Of a DNA stretch of 64,000 nucleotides, positions 1-15,200 are shown piece by piece (the stretch's first letter is position 1; each line of letters opens with the position of its first letter). Under the pieces are notes generated by a model. That model was not told where the DNA came from. It did no database searches and was given only the letters and a program-made list of their open reading frames with translations. The DNA lies in the NCBI RefSeq assembly GCF_964355755.1, contig NC_092672.1:28526437-28590436 (forward strand). The letters run 5' to 3'. Position numbers and translations under genes: made by a program. The stretch comes from Antedon mediterranea. Its lineage: Eukaryota; Animalia; Echinodermata.

Positions 1-247
1 GTCAGACTGATATTACTGAGCAATTTACAATACAGCATTTCAAACAATATTTTGTTTTCAATCTTTGAAATGTTTTGGGCATACATTTTTTAAAACTGTG
101 CATTATAGTGTAGATAATGTATTAATATTACTATTATAGTATGTAGTATTCAGCAAACTTAACTCTAAATATGCAACCCCAATGTCAACCATCTTTTGGG
201 CATAAGTTTTTAGAACTGTGCATTATAGTGTAAATTAGCAAACTTAC

Positions 248-3200
248 CTCTAAATATGCGACCTCATTGTCAACTTTTTCTTGATATCTTTTGTATACCT
301 TCTTTTTGGCAATCATCGCTTCTTCATGCTGCATTTTTCTTGCTATTATCTAAAAAAACATGTAAATGATTGTTCATAAAACATGTATTGTCCCCCAAAG
401 ATTCAACAAATCAGACTTTTAATAGGCCATTTTGCAGTTTTAATAAAGTTATTCATTTCTGTAGAAAAAAAAATTCACTTATAAAAAGACAAAATAAACA
501 GTTAATTTTAACCAAAAACTGATTGTCTGACAGACAAGTAAAGTATTTTTTGCTTTAAATTACATTTTTGTCAGGTAAATAATTGTTTTCCCATCCAGTT
601 TTTGGTCAAAATGAACTATTATGTGACATTAAAATGAAATATTCAACAACAAATTTAAAAAAAAATTATTTTTAAGGGGAACAATATATATTTAAGTAAA
701 TAAATAAACAAACTGTTACAAAAATAAATAATACATCAACAAGAAAATAGCATTACATGTTTTTTTAATAATTATTATTAAATTTGAATAAAAAGTAAAT
801 TATTTTCAAAATTTAAAAATTAATAAATGTTGGTATAAAATTACAAATAAATCTACACTTACTTCGTCCTTCTTCATTAATGCTAATTGCTCTTCTGTTA
901 ATTGTCCTTGTCTCTGGTTTTCCTGAGACTGTAACTTTCGGGCAAGAATCTGAAATAATCATGCGGTATTCATTATTACAGGAAAAATATGTAGAAAGCT
1001 AACATAGTAACATGTAAAGAAACATGTTCATAGTGTTTATTTAGCCTCAGGTATACCCAATGGGGTAATTCCCATACAATGGGGTAAATTCTCCCAAGAA
1101 GTTGGAGGATAAAGCAGATAAGCTAGGCCTTGAAAAATAGTGTAGTTTTTTTAGATACTGGGCCTCTTTTTAGGAAAAGCATGCTTTATTAATATTCAAA
1201 GTTATCCCCAGTGTTATTCCCCCTGATTATATTGCTGAGTTGGCAAAACACAGGGTAAATTGACAAATAGGGCCGAATAGGAATTTATTAATTTTCTTTA
1301 CAAATAGGGTCCTTACCTCCTGGTAAATAAATTGATACCACTACAACTAAATAACAATATTATAGAATTTAAAAAAAAAACCTATTTTTTGTTCAGGAAA
1401 AAAATTTCTTTTAAGGTCAAAAAATAAATTACCATCGAAATTACTATCGAAAATAATGTTCATAAGTTGGCACAAATTTACAATGTTGTATAAAAAGCAA
1501 TAGGCATAACAGAAATTTGCAGTGATTTTTGCCAAAATGAATTAAGAAAAAAAATTCCGAGCATGGGAATATGGTATGATTTTAAACACAATGATGATTT
1601 AATTAAGTAGAACCCCTCATTTAAGATACCTCTATTCAAGGGACACCTCTATTCAAGGACACCTCTATTAGGGGAACACCTCTAATAAGGAGACACCTCT
1701 ATTAGGGGGACACCTCTATTAAGGGGACACTTCCATTCAGGGGACACTTTTATTCAGGGGACACCTCTATTAAGGGGACACCTCTATTAGGGGGACACCT
1801 CTATTAAGGGGACACCTCTATTAAGGGGACACTTCCATTCAGGAGACACTTTTATTCAGGGGACACCTCTATTAAGGGGACACCTCTATTCAAGGGACAA
1901 CCTTATTATTATTAAGGGGACACCTCTATGCCGGGGTAACCTCTATTAAGGGGACACCTCTATTCACGGGACACCTCTGTTAAGGGGACACCTCTATTCA
2001 AGGGACAATCTTATTAAGGGGACACCTCTATTCAAGGGACAATCTTATTAAGGGGACACCTCTATTCAAGGGACACCTCTATTAAAGGGACACCTCTATT
2101 AAGGGGACAACTCTATTAAGGGGATACTTTCCTGTGAAATTATGTTCATACACTATGGCGAGGACACCCCTGCAGGGGACATTTGTTTCTTAATAGAGGT
2201 TCTACTCTATTTAAAAAAACTCAAAACACTCATCAAAATGTCAATGATAAGATAAAGAAAAGTTAGCAAATATGGTTTAAAAAATGATATAAAAATAACC
2301 TCATCCTTGGTTGATTGCGCTATATTGTCTGTATCTTCATCGCTGTCATAACCTGCAGCGGCACCATTCGGTAGATTTACTATCAACCTCTGTGATTCGC
2401 CATTTGTAATCTGTGAAGCTAAAGTAAAACCAATGGTTGTCTCTCATAGCAATGAAAATCAAACTTTTTCTCCGTGGCTCAGAAGATAAAGTGTTAGAGA
2501 CTTTTCAGAACTCATGTCAACAAACACCAAATACTATGAACTTAAGCTATGTCTACACTATCAAACTAGTTTGACAAAAAAAGTGTGTTGTGCCCAAATA
2601 TGGTAGTGATATGACATCATCTTGTCTATATATAGGCACATCCCATTTTTTTTTCATATAAATTTTGATAGTGTAGACATAGCCTACACCCTACTATCTT
2701 GAAATGTTTCATGCACAAATTGGATGAGACTCATTTGGTCGAAAAGCAATTATACTATGGAATTCATTACCGGAGGATGTAATATCAGTCAGTCAGGTCT
2801 CGAACAGGCATGGTCCAACCACCCTTTAAAATTTGCGCTGTATTCGAGATTTGATTTTATTTTCAAGAGGGGCTTATAGGCATAGGCTCGACTCCAGCAA
2901 ATGCTGAGCTCCGGTAACAAGTAAGTTATTAAAGTTAAAGTTAAGCTTTTTGGCTTTAAGTTTAATAAATTCACGGAGTATTACTGTACCTCTGCCTAGT
3001 GACCTCTGCCTAGTGACCTCACCCCCGTTTGTTTGATTGTGAACAGCCTAGAGGCTATAGTTTTTATCCAAATCTCACAATAATGACCCAAAATCTTCAA
3101 GTTCAATTTTGAAGGGGCAGGGTGAAATGTAACAACACACAAAATACTGTTTATAATTGTGATTGAAATTTATTTTAAATGTTTGCAAGAAGAAAAGGAA

Positions 3201-6200
3201 CAAAATAAATTATTGTGGTAATGTCAAACTTCAAACAAACCAATACCAATGAGTGGAAAAATAAAATGGGATAATGAACAAACTTACTACCACTGGATGA
3301 GTGTTGTTCCGTTTCAGATATTTTCCTCGTCAGCTTCTCTGCTTCTGCTTCTCGTCTTTGGTGTTTTTCTCTCATTTTCTTTATTTCCGCTGCTTGTAAT
3401 CTCTTTGCTAATTCCTATACAAAAAATAGAGAGATTTTTGCAACCATATATTTATTTATGTCTTTTAGGCAATGTGGCCAAGAATTACCAATAGTAAATT
3501 AATCACTGTCCTATCAGATAGGTGGTAATCCCCCTGATACAGGGGCTATTTTGTGAACCAGTTCACCGGGGTAACCCCCTACTCTTCTTGAATAATGAAC
3601 TGGGTTCTTTAAAGTGCACACAGGTTATAACTGTGTACACTGGACCTACGGTCCATAGTCCTTTAATATCTGAGAAGACTTGTTCCACCACCAGAACTAG
3701 GAGCTTGAACCCTTGCCGATGTTGTTGGCTCTTTAGGTATGGTAAACGGCGTCCCTGCCTTAACCGCTCGACCATATGAATATGATAACAAATTAGAAGG
3801 ACTTTATACAAACAAAAAAGTGAGCTATATTAATCTAATATTAATAATTTTTAATTTTAAATCTTTTTTATTTCCTTGTTACAGTAAAACCCCTATTAAG
3901 GGGACGCCTTCAGAATCCAATTTTCTGTAGTGTTAAAGACATAAGACATCTGATTCTCTGTACTGGTATTGTATAGATTTCTCCAGTATCATAGCAATAT
4001 TTGGTAATACAACATCATATCTTTTTTATATGTATCTCCTAGTATCATAGACCATGAAAACCATAACTCAATCTTACATGATACAGACAGCATATGTGAT
4101 ACAAATGAGATGCTGTATTACCAAATATTTCTACTGTATGACATTGGTCAAATATTGTAGTATGTGGAGATACAGCACTGAGAATTGGGTTGGGTGTCAC
4201 AAAGTAGGGGTTCTATCATATTTTAAATTTGATTCTCGGATGTGTAAAAAGACAAAATAATACTTCTGTCATGTACCCAACGTCTTTACAGAACTTATTT
4301 TAGCTTCGAATAGAACATAGAGCTGTTGGTTGTATCTACATAAATGCGACAAGAAACAAGAACACGATTTAAAATTAGTAGGGACAATTTACCTCATCTG
4401 TTAAAACCTTTTGTTGACTATCTTCTTCTGGAATACCTAAAAGAAGAAGGGAGAAATTACATTCACAAAACAAATTTGGATACGGACCTCTATAGGCTCA
4501 CGGCAGCTGGCAGTGCAGCGTCTAATTAGACAAACAATAAGGGATGAGATAGACCCGTACATTGGGGTAACGCTCCTCTAAATGCATTGGGTTCTTTAAA
4601 GTGCATACAAGCATGATGTGTACATTATACACATGAGAAAAATTGTATTACCAAGCCAACCAATCTCTGAACCTAGGCCCATGGGATTGAGAAGCAAGCA
4701 TGAAAAGCACCATGTCACAGTGCAACTTTCTGATTATAAAACCTTACCTCCCACTGCACCAGCAGCTTCATTCTGTTGAGATAGTTGTCGAGCCAACCTC
4801 AAACTTTCTCTTTCCATTTTCTCTCGTTCCCTTTTTTTCACTTCTTCCGTTTGCAACTGTTTTGCAATCTCCTAAAATTCAACAACACTGTACTTGTCAA
4901 AGGTCAATCCTAAGATAATTTCAAGTGAGGGAATAGCACTAGATTACCTTGATTTTATAGTATACAACTGTAATTTCATAATTTATGCCTCGACACAGGC
5001 AAGACTATTCCATCAAATGATTGCGCGAAAAGGGTTTTGAACTGGAGCTGCACAGGCTTAGACCAAGCAAGGTAGGCCTAGAAAAGTTAGTAAGGCATAT
5101 AATCCAATTTTACAGGGAAAACTATAATACTAGGGTAATATTTTGTGATTTTATGTGGTGGGCTTATGCCAGCATCAGTACAGTAATAATAATAATTATC
5201 TAAAACGCCATTAACGATTGACTACCTCATCTGTTTGTTCGCTTTCTTCGGCTTTTCTCCTTTCTTCTTCCATCATCTCTCTAAATAAACCTTTTGCTGT
5301 TTCTTTGTCTTGCTCTTCACTACAAATTAAAATAAAAAATATAGTGTATCCTCGGGGTGTTATCCCACTTCAGGTCTAATCCCACCCCTACTTTATGTCT
5401 GATTTCACAAACATATCCCTGGGTATAGTCCCAGTATTGATTTTTGGTCTGAATGTAGACCTCTAGCCAGTTCAGATGGTTTTTTCCAAAAAATAATTTT
5501 TAACTGAACCAAGGTTTCCTCTGGTATGGTCCCACACCACAATGTTGGCCCAATTTTGTGTTCTAGGGGAAATTAGATTATACCACAGGGTATGGGGTAG
5601 TAATCAATACAGATTATTTTTTTCAACATCAACATAAATGAACAAAACATTAACTGAATAAAAAAAAAATAGCTTATCCATCCTGAAATTGGCATTTCTC
5701 GCTATTGGATGCGTAAGAAACTGGAATTTAAAAAATTGCATATTTTTATCAAGTTAATCCAAATTTAAAGTCAATGGTCAAAAAGGGCATTTCCGATAAA
5801 TTTTTAGTTAAACAATTTAAATAAGCCCTTTTCTCACAGAGCTGTGTGCCAGGAATGTTGCGGGAATATACCATTACCATGCTGGTATGATTGGCATGGC
5901 ATCATGCCGGCATCGACATGACCTGCTTTAGACCTACAGTAGTAATATTACTCGGGATATTCCCCGCAATGCGAGACGGGCATTCTGTGAGAACGTAACG
6001 CCGTTATATTTAATTCCCCGTCGAGGCTTTGACACCTTGCGCGGTCAAGTGTATCACTTTGGCGCCGATTCAATTCAGTCCTACCGGTATATTGCAGGCA
6101 CGTCTGTGTGAGAAAGGGGCTATAGAGTCAATCAAAATGTATTATTAGTGCTGAGTATTTTGACTTCAAAAGTAACACTTCCACACCTACTGGTTATAAT

Positions 6201-9200
6201 TGCTAAGTTAACAGCCATTTTAGGACTTCTAATAACATATTGTTCCATACATCAGTAAACTATCCTGAAAAATTCAGGTTTACTGTAGCATGACATCTCT
6301 ACCTTTCCCACATTTTTGCCTAATATGGTAAAAATGAGCTTTACTATTTCATTGGCTAATGGTAGAACCTGTAAACATAATTTATTTATAATACAGGAAA
6401 TTGTGAGTCAAATACAGTCAATAAGAGATAATTTAATAGCTTTAATAATAATATTATGATGAGTCTATTCTTGCACAGTGTATTGACTGAGATTGTGCAG
6501 AGTAAGCTATTTTGATGCATTACATCACATAGGATGATGGATACCATGGCGATAACTTTTCTTAAAGATGACCTCTAAGAATGTCAGACAGGAAAGTGTG
6601 GGTGTTACGGCATTCAAACCAGGTCTTTTTGTTCTGTACACAAGTGGCAATTTTAATTAAGGATAAAACTTGATGTCACAACAAAATGTGATGGCATGAT
6701 GACATCATATCACCACCATATTTGGGCACGACATCACACTTTTTTTTGTCAAAATAGTTTTAAAGTGTAGACAGAGCTTAAAGCTGTCAAAGCTGTTTTT
6801 TTTTTTTTTTTTTATTTGATAATAAATTTAAATTTTGATGATATAAAACTCTACTAAAGAGGCGACATTATTTGTAGTGTGCTCAATTAATTCCCTATTA
6901 ACTTACATTATAGTGTATTTATTTGTTAATGGCAAGTAAAAAACTGAATATATACATACTGTACATGCAATATATCAATGACATCTTTAGCAGGAAAGAG
7001 TGGGGGGGGGGGGAGAGGGGGTAAAGAGGAGAAATGATTTGTATTGTGCTCAATTAATTTCCTATTAACTTACATTGACTTAAGCCTCTGTACGTATTCA
7101 TGTTCCTCTGCAAACGCCTCTATTGCTGCCTCTGAAGCCAATTCCTTAGCAGTCTTTATGTCTTTGCGTACTGTACGCCGTCTACTTATGTTACCAGTGT
7201 AATGGTCACTAACTGTGGGGGAAAGAAAATATTGAAATAATTAATGAATATATTATAAAATGCTACATATTTTGAATTGATTAATAGGCTTTAAGAATAT
7301 GTTCCATTTTATACTACGAACTAGAAAATTTTGAGCTGAATTTTATAATTTTTTAAATTTTTATTAATTCTGTTGGATACATTTTGTGACAATCTTTTGT
7401 TAACTTAATATATTTGTCTTTCAGTCTTTTCTTTTTGAATATTTTATTGCATGACTTTAGACAGCCTTCTTTAGGCAAAAATCAAAAACTATAATATAGC
7501 TAAAATTCCTAAAACCTCACAGGATTAATTACTAATTTTACTTGGCCTAAATTCATGATTAAAAACGACACATTAATTAAATAGGAGTTAATATTTTTAA
7601 AACAAATCTATGGGATTCAAATATGTGACAAAATTAGTCCTAAAAATGGCCACTGTCATGGGCAGCATTTGTTCAGTATTAGCATGCCTAGACTATTAGT
7701 ATTGATATTCAATAATAATATCTAGTCATGCATAATGGCCATGAATAAAGTCCTTTGGAACAATGTTCACACACCCATTTGATTGCTAAACTGATATTTT
7801 ATCCCACCATTCAATAATATTATTAGTATTAATACCTTTACTCCATTATTAATACAGTATAATAAATTTTAAAAAATTTGAAAAAAAATGTACTACTAGT
7901 CTAGTACTAGGCCTTATTATTAACCATTATTATTTCAGTGTTACAGTATCATATTTCATCAATACCTAATAACCTCTATCAAGGGGACAGTTTCAGGAGT
8001 CAACAAAGTGTCCCTGAGCGATGTCCCTTGAGTGGACGTTGGCCTTAGTGTTAAAACATTATATTGACTCTTGTGATCGTTTCACAGGAAAGTGTCCCCT
8101 CATAGGGGTGAATATGAAACATACGTTTACCGTACCCTTTTTAAAGACACAGTGGAATTTTGAATAATTTTAAATAATATTTATTTCGATCTTTAAAAAA
8201 GCTACAAAAATACCAGCTTAATTACTATTTTTGATTAATAGGACACCCTCCTTTGGGATACACCAATTCAGGGAACACTTTCTGTATTTAAATTAACGAG
8301 GGGCAATATTATATACTGTATGTTATTGTTTAACACTAGGCAACCCTTTATTAAGGGGATGCCCCTATTAAGAGAGGACACAGCGATTCCCAAGTGTGTC
8401 CCCTTAAAATACGGAATCTGTACTGTAGCTGACTTTCCAATAAAAAAATACAATGGAATGACACTGTATGAAAGCATGGAGCTATTTATAAACATAATTC
8501 TTACCCAACAAAGAAGAACACCCAATAAAAACACGGTGACACATGTGATAGGAATTCACAAATAAACAGTGTACAAGAAGATATGGTCTGCTAGATATTG
8601 ACTGTTCACAATTAACAGCTTTAACAGATTGTGAGCATTTTTTTTAAATATGCCATTTTGAACAAAAATTGTATAGAAAAAAATATTTACCTGAAAACAG
8701 TATAATTTAAAAAGCAAAAAAAAAGTCAAAAAAACATTATTTGACCAACATTGTCGGTTTTTGGTTAAAATTAAACCTTTATTCTGTCTTATTTTTCATT
8801 CAACGGAAGTGAATAACTTTAAAAACTTCAAAATTGCCTAGTGAAATAGTGCATGATTACAAACATGTGTACCATATCATACATGACTTTATCCAGTAAA
8901 GCACCTAGATCTTACTGTTTATTTAGTGTTTGATCCTAAAATGTTTAAAAATTTTTCAATAAAACATTATAAAGTTTCAATGTTAAAGATGTATTGTCCC
9001 GTTAAAAATAAAAATAAAAAGATTTCGAAAAAAAGTGGGTCATTTTGAAGTATCATGATAGTTATTAACTTTCAGTTTCACCAAAAAATAGTTGGAAAAA
9101 AATATCATTTAAAGACCCCTTCCCTGCAATTTTGGACGTTTTTTGGAAAATAATACATATATCACTTTAAAAACATTAAACCATGTCATTCCTTGTCTTA

Positions 9201-12200
9201 AATGTACGTTTTATGGTAAATTATGATAAAAAGTGAGAAACAATGCACTACCTAAGTAGCTCGCGGCGATCGACTTCTCGTGGATGGTTAGGCCTAGCCT
9301 AGCTAGGCTTAGATTTGTAGGCCTAGCTGGTAAACATTGATAACGTACGAACATCGTACGCTAGCTATATACCTAGCCTGACGTTGCATAGTTGCTGCAT
9401 TAATTGTCTTTCTATTTTTGCCAGACTCCGTTGATACAAATTGGGGAAAACCCGGTATTTTCGCTGAAAAGTTAGGAGTCTTCCATTTGTTTTGGCTTCA
9501 CGATCGATCGAAAAGTGGGCGAATTACAGGTGAAAAACAAAAATATCAATCCGCGCGCAATGCATTTTGGGATTTATAGCGGGCCGCTATAATTATTAGA
9601 ATCGATTTATTTTTCACATTTTTAACCGTTTAAAGACGAAAAAAGTTATCGCAATAGGACCATATAGTATTATTTTTACATTAAATATAGTTTGTGATCT
9701 TAAATTATATCTAAAAAACGTAGGGAATGGGGCTTTAACTGAAATACAGACGTTTTTTGGATCAAAACATATCTCATAATGCAATGCGCTTGTTTGGCTA
9801 CTCTGTATGCATAATCATAAAACTTCCTCGCGATCTATGTGAAAACACCTTCTCAACCGTGACGAGTTGTAAACAATCCTAATTAGCACCATGCATAATG
9901 TATACTCATGGTTTGAAATCTTTGTTTACTTTGTTTTCCAGACGAAATGTAATCAAATTAATTTAGCTATTAATTACGTAAAATTGTTGTTTTTGTCTCA
10001 AATTTTCGACTTAAAGTGAATAACTTGAATATTACTTTGATAAGGCCAATTAAAATTTAGTATATTTTGACCTTCATTTTTTTGTGTTTCAAGGGACAAT
10101 ACATCTTTAACGATAAAAATGTAAAAGTATAGTTCTGTTAGTTAAAATATAAAGGCTTAATATTCCTAAATTTTCCCAAAAAATTAATACTGTATCACAA
10201 AAAAATGACTTTAATTTAATAAATTTTGTAATAATAGCTATATTAAAAATATCTTTCTTTTAAATCACTTCCCAATTTTCTCAATTTGTGTTTTTATTTC
10301 ATAAAAGTTTTTTTTTTCATTTTCTGAATCATTTTACTGCAACTGTCATGAATTGAAATAAACAGTCTGAAAATAAAGAGCTTTATTTATTTTAAGCCGA
10401 AATTCAACAAAAACTTGAATAAACTACAAAAGTGAAACTAATGTGGAAGTGCAAAATTTCCAAGCCAATAATTTGATGCAAGTAAAAATAAAGTTTATTT
10501 TCTCTTTTCATTCTGTTCCGCTTGATTGATCTTTCTATTTGTTTCATTTGTATTGTAGTAATATCGTTGAATGATACATCATATTGGAAGTAAACGAAAT
10601 AAAATTTGTTTTCTAGCATGTATTGACACAGTAGAACCCTTTTCGGCCCAACGAAATAAAATTTGTTTTCTTTTCGGCCCAACAAAATGTGTCCCCTTAA
10701 AGGGCCTGTCACACCTGTTTCGGCAAATCGAATGTCAATGTTTCATTTTTAACGCAGCTTAACGCATATTGACTGTTATGAAAACAAAACAATAACGTTC
10801 GATTTGCCGGACCTGAGCGGTGCCAGAACAGGTGTGAAAGACCCTTAATAGAGGTGTCTTCTAAAAATAATATATTCCCCATTGATCATTTTAGGCTGTC
10901 CTCTTAAAGGGGTGTTCCTTTTTGAATAGGGGTTGGCCGTAGATTAAAAAATAATTTCACATTGATTTCACAGTAAAGTGGCTCGTTAAACAGAGTGTTC
11001 CCTAAATATGGGTTGCCTGTAGTATTAAATAATATTTTCAATTGATTATTTTAGGTTCCCTCTTAAAGGGAGGTTTATCTTAAAGGGGTGTTCCCTGAAA
11101 AAGACTTAAGGCCATAGTTTTAAATAAACTTTTCCCACTGATCATTTCCTGTAGTGTCTCATTATCAGTGGGTGTCTCATTAAAGGGGTATCCCAAAGGG
11201 AGTCCAATTCAGTACTCCGAAATAATCAACACTTGAATGAAGTATTATAGTATACAAATAATGACTGTTTATGAGTGCGATGGTACCAATAATTTCATTC
11301 AGTGAAAATAGAATTTCATATTAGGTCTAGTATATTAAATTACTACATTTATTACTAATTTGTTTGTGTTTTTTTTAAATATTAGACTACAGTTAGCATA
11401 GGGCCTAAATAATAACATCCTGATCCTGATATAAACATTAACATTAAATTATTAAATTATCCTCTAGTTGATCAAAATCAACTTCCTTCCTTGTCGGCAA
11501 ATAACACTGTACAACTCCATAAAGCTCTGTCTACACTATCAAACTAGTTTTACAAAAAAAGTGTGATGTGTCCAAATATGGTAACAACAAGTGATATGCC
11601 CAAATATGGTAGTCGCATGGTGGACACTCACATCACAACTTTTTGTTACATAAAGTCTGATAGTGTAGACAGAGCTTAACAAATGTTAGGTCCAATGGAC
11701 ATGAAGAAGAAGCCCCAGAACTGTCTTTTGAGTTTGAAGGACATTAACTCCTTTTATTTATCTCTGGCAGTAACTCATTACTTAGTGAATGGTGGGTGAT
11801 ATGAAAATGAAGCAGAATAGAATGAAGAAGACTCGTCATACAGTAGGCCCACAATGACCTTTCACGATCATGTGACACTTTGATTAAAGCTCTGTCAAAC
11901 AGAGGTGTCCAAGAATATATGTTAGAATTTAGATCTCAGAAAAAAATACTGTATGTGCCCTGTCTGTATATTGGATACTACTCAAACTTAAAGACCCCTT
12001 CCCTGCAATTTTGGACGTTTTTTGGAAAATAATACATATATTAGGTATCCCAATGAAAAAATTCAGATTAATTTTTTTACATTTTCTTTCAGTTAACCAT
12101 AAAGAACTTAATGTAATTAGCATTTTGCGATTTAAATGATTGAAATCCGATTACCCGTTCTAAAGTTATGGTTATTTAAAGTGGTAAAAAAATATACGAT

Positions 12201-15200
12201 TTTTTGCCTAAAAATTGTGTTTTTTGCAGTTGAAATTGGAAGCATTTTTAAAAGGTTATAACTTTTACAATAATTAGTTAAAAGTTTTGAATTTTGTTAA
12301 ACCTATAGATATCACAGAGTTGTACAACTCTATTTTTTTTGGAGCCTCAACGAAACCTATTTTTTAAATTATTGGTCCGCAAAGTGGTAGGAAAGCATTT
12401 AACGCCCATTTTTGCTGGAATTCCCTAAAAAATGAAAAAACTGCAATTTTTCAATGATCTGTAACTTTTGAACTACTGTACTAATTCATTAAATTTTTTT
12501 TGTACTTGTTAGAATGTAGTGTATATTTCATTAATAAATATATTTTAGATGTGTATATGAAAAAAAAAAATTTTTTTAATGGTGAAATTTAAAATTATAA
12601 AAAGAAAAAATGAAAAAGTATGTTAAAAACGGTGTGTACTGTTTCCTTTCTTTTACACTAATTTTCGGTAAGTATAATTATTAGAATATTTTAATATACT
12701 TTATATTTATAATTTCAATCATAAATACTATTATATATAACTTTTGAATACGTAAAACAAGATTTTAGGCCCATATGATTATGACACCAAATCTAAGCTA
12801 AGTAAGATATGCTCTTTTAAGGCAAACGCACAATATGGGTCAAAATAAACTCATTTAAAATAATCAATGTTAATTAAAACAATTAATTGTTTACCTGAAT
12901 AGTATATATAACATTATAAAAATTGTTTTCTTTTCGTATTATTACGTTATTAAATTGAAATACGGAGCTAAAGTTTAGGCCAAGTCACGGCTTACTCGCG
13001 ATCAGTAGTCGCTCCGTTAAAGTATTTCGGTCGCAGTTAATGACTTTCGGCCGCCGTATACAGATTCAAATGTAACGTTGGTAAATTAGCTTAATAAATT
13101 TCCTCGGTACATTTTAACCTAACGCATTTGCATTGTATACTTGCATAATAAATCTTCCGCACATTACATCAATTTTAAGTTGTTAAATTAATGTGTAAAA
13201 CCAGATATTCTACGACGGAAAAGGACATGTCAATCTCCGACATCGCTGCTGTCACACATCTCGCGTCGAGCCGGTCGAACTCGAGCGAGGAAAACTAAAC
13301 AACGTGTTCAAAATATGGAACGTACCATTCGCTGATAGGGTGCATTAATGTATTTAACGGAAAACGCCACAACAAACACGCGCGTATTTTAGAGTACAAT
13401 ATTTTACTCACTACAATATTCACCGGATTATAATGGTTGGATCTTTAAAATTTTGAACGGGATTTACGCCTCATGCACCATTTTAAAATGTAGTTCGCTC
13501 AATTACCATGCACAATACGTTTGTAAACTATGTTTTATCGATTTCAATGTAGATTTAGCTATAATTTAATACCAAAATCCATAATATTTTTCCATAAACG
13601 GTGAATCAAAATTGGATTTTTGTCACAAAAATTGACTTTTCGTTACGAAAAACCTATTTATAGAAGACGATTTTCGTATCAAATTAAAGCTTATTTAAAG
13701 CCTGATAACATACAACAAAAATTAATCCGCTAGCTCCAATGGTAATCGTGCGATCGTGTTTTGAAAACTGATGGGGATTTTCCGATGAGGTTTTCAACGC
13801 GCGGAAATCGGCTCGACGGGATTTTAGAACCGTTTTAAAATCGCATTTTCTCGGCAACTAATTCATTAATTTTAATTATAAACACACTTATACAAAGATT
13901 AAAACAAGTACTTTCAAACAATATAAATTTTATAAGTATTAATTAAGATTGAATACGATTTATTTAACATCAAAGTCATACTACTTTTTCGAATTTCGTC
14001 AATATTTCAAAAGTGATACCCCTCTGTGCGCTTTCATTGGGATACCTACATATATATCACTTTAAAAACATTAAACCATGTCATTCCTTGTCTTAAATGT
14101 ACGTTTTATGGTAAATTATGATAAAAAGTGAGAAACAATGCACTACCTAAGTAGCTCGCGGCGATCGACCTCTCGTGGACGGTCTTAGGCCTAGCCTAGC
14201 TAGGCTTAGTTTTGTAGGCCTAGCTGGTAAACATCGATAACGTACGAACATCGTACGCTAGCTATATACCTAGCCTGACGTTGTATAGTTGCTGCATTAA
14301 TTGTCTTTCTATTTTTGCCAGACTCCGTTGATACAAATTGGGGAAAACCCGGTATTTTCGCTGAAAAGTTAGGAGTCTTCCATTTGTTTTGGCTTCATGA
14401 TCGATCGAAAAGTGGGCGAATTACAGGTGAAAAACAAAAATATCAATCCGCGCGCAATGCATTTTGGGATTTATAGCGGGCCGCTATAATTATTAGAATC
14501 GATTTATTTTTCACATTTTTAACCGTTTAAAGACGAAAAAAGTTATCGCAATAGGACCATATATAAATTCCTTAAAATGTAATAATAAACCATATTTTAC
14601 AAGAAAATTAATATACGCACATTCTTCCTCTTGTAGTGTGTGGGCAAGAGCACCATCTTCTAGAACCCCAAACTTTTGTCGAACTGTGAAAAGAAATAAG
14701 AAGTAATTATATTATATTAGTATATTAATATTAATTACTACATTTATATATTATTTTATACTTTTTTCCCCTGTTTTTTTTTAGCATTGCTTTATTCTTA
14801 TTAGACTAGTGTAGTTAGTAGAGTTAGAGAGGCTAGCTATACTATATTAATAATATTATAAGGCCTGGCCCTGGCCCTACTACTACTAGGCTAGGCCTAG
14901 GCCTATATAGGCCTCTAGTGTAGTACTGTAGGCCAGGTGGTGAGGCTCTAACTAATAATTTATTTAGGCCTTATCTAGGCCTATCCTGACATAAACATTT
15001 TACTGATAAATGATCAAATTATCCTATAGATCTAAGCTAGGCCTAAGGCATAAGATGGTGTGTAGGCTTAGTAGGCTACTCCCGGTGGCCATTAACACGT
15101 CGCAACCTCCGGGCTCCATTCATTCATCCGTCTGGTCCTTGCCTTCCCCATTTGATTGTTTAACTCTCGTGTAAACAAATCAGTAGGCCTACCTTTAACG

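Noticed and set aside
3249-4918. Hydrophobic plus-strand ORFs (3249-3494, 4700-4918)
   Set aside because: Antisense shadows of the Glu/Lys-rich CCDC50 exons.
6303-6368. Possible extra CCDC50 exon (AG...GT bounded, minus strand)
   Set aside because: Gives a stop in the incoming phase; the flanking exons already join in frame.
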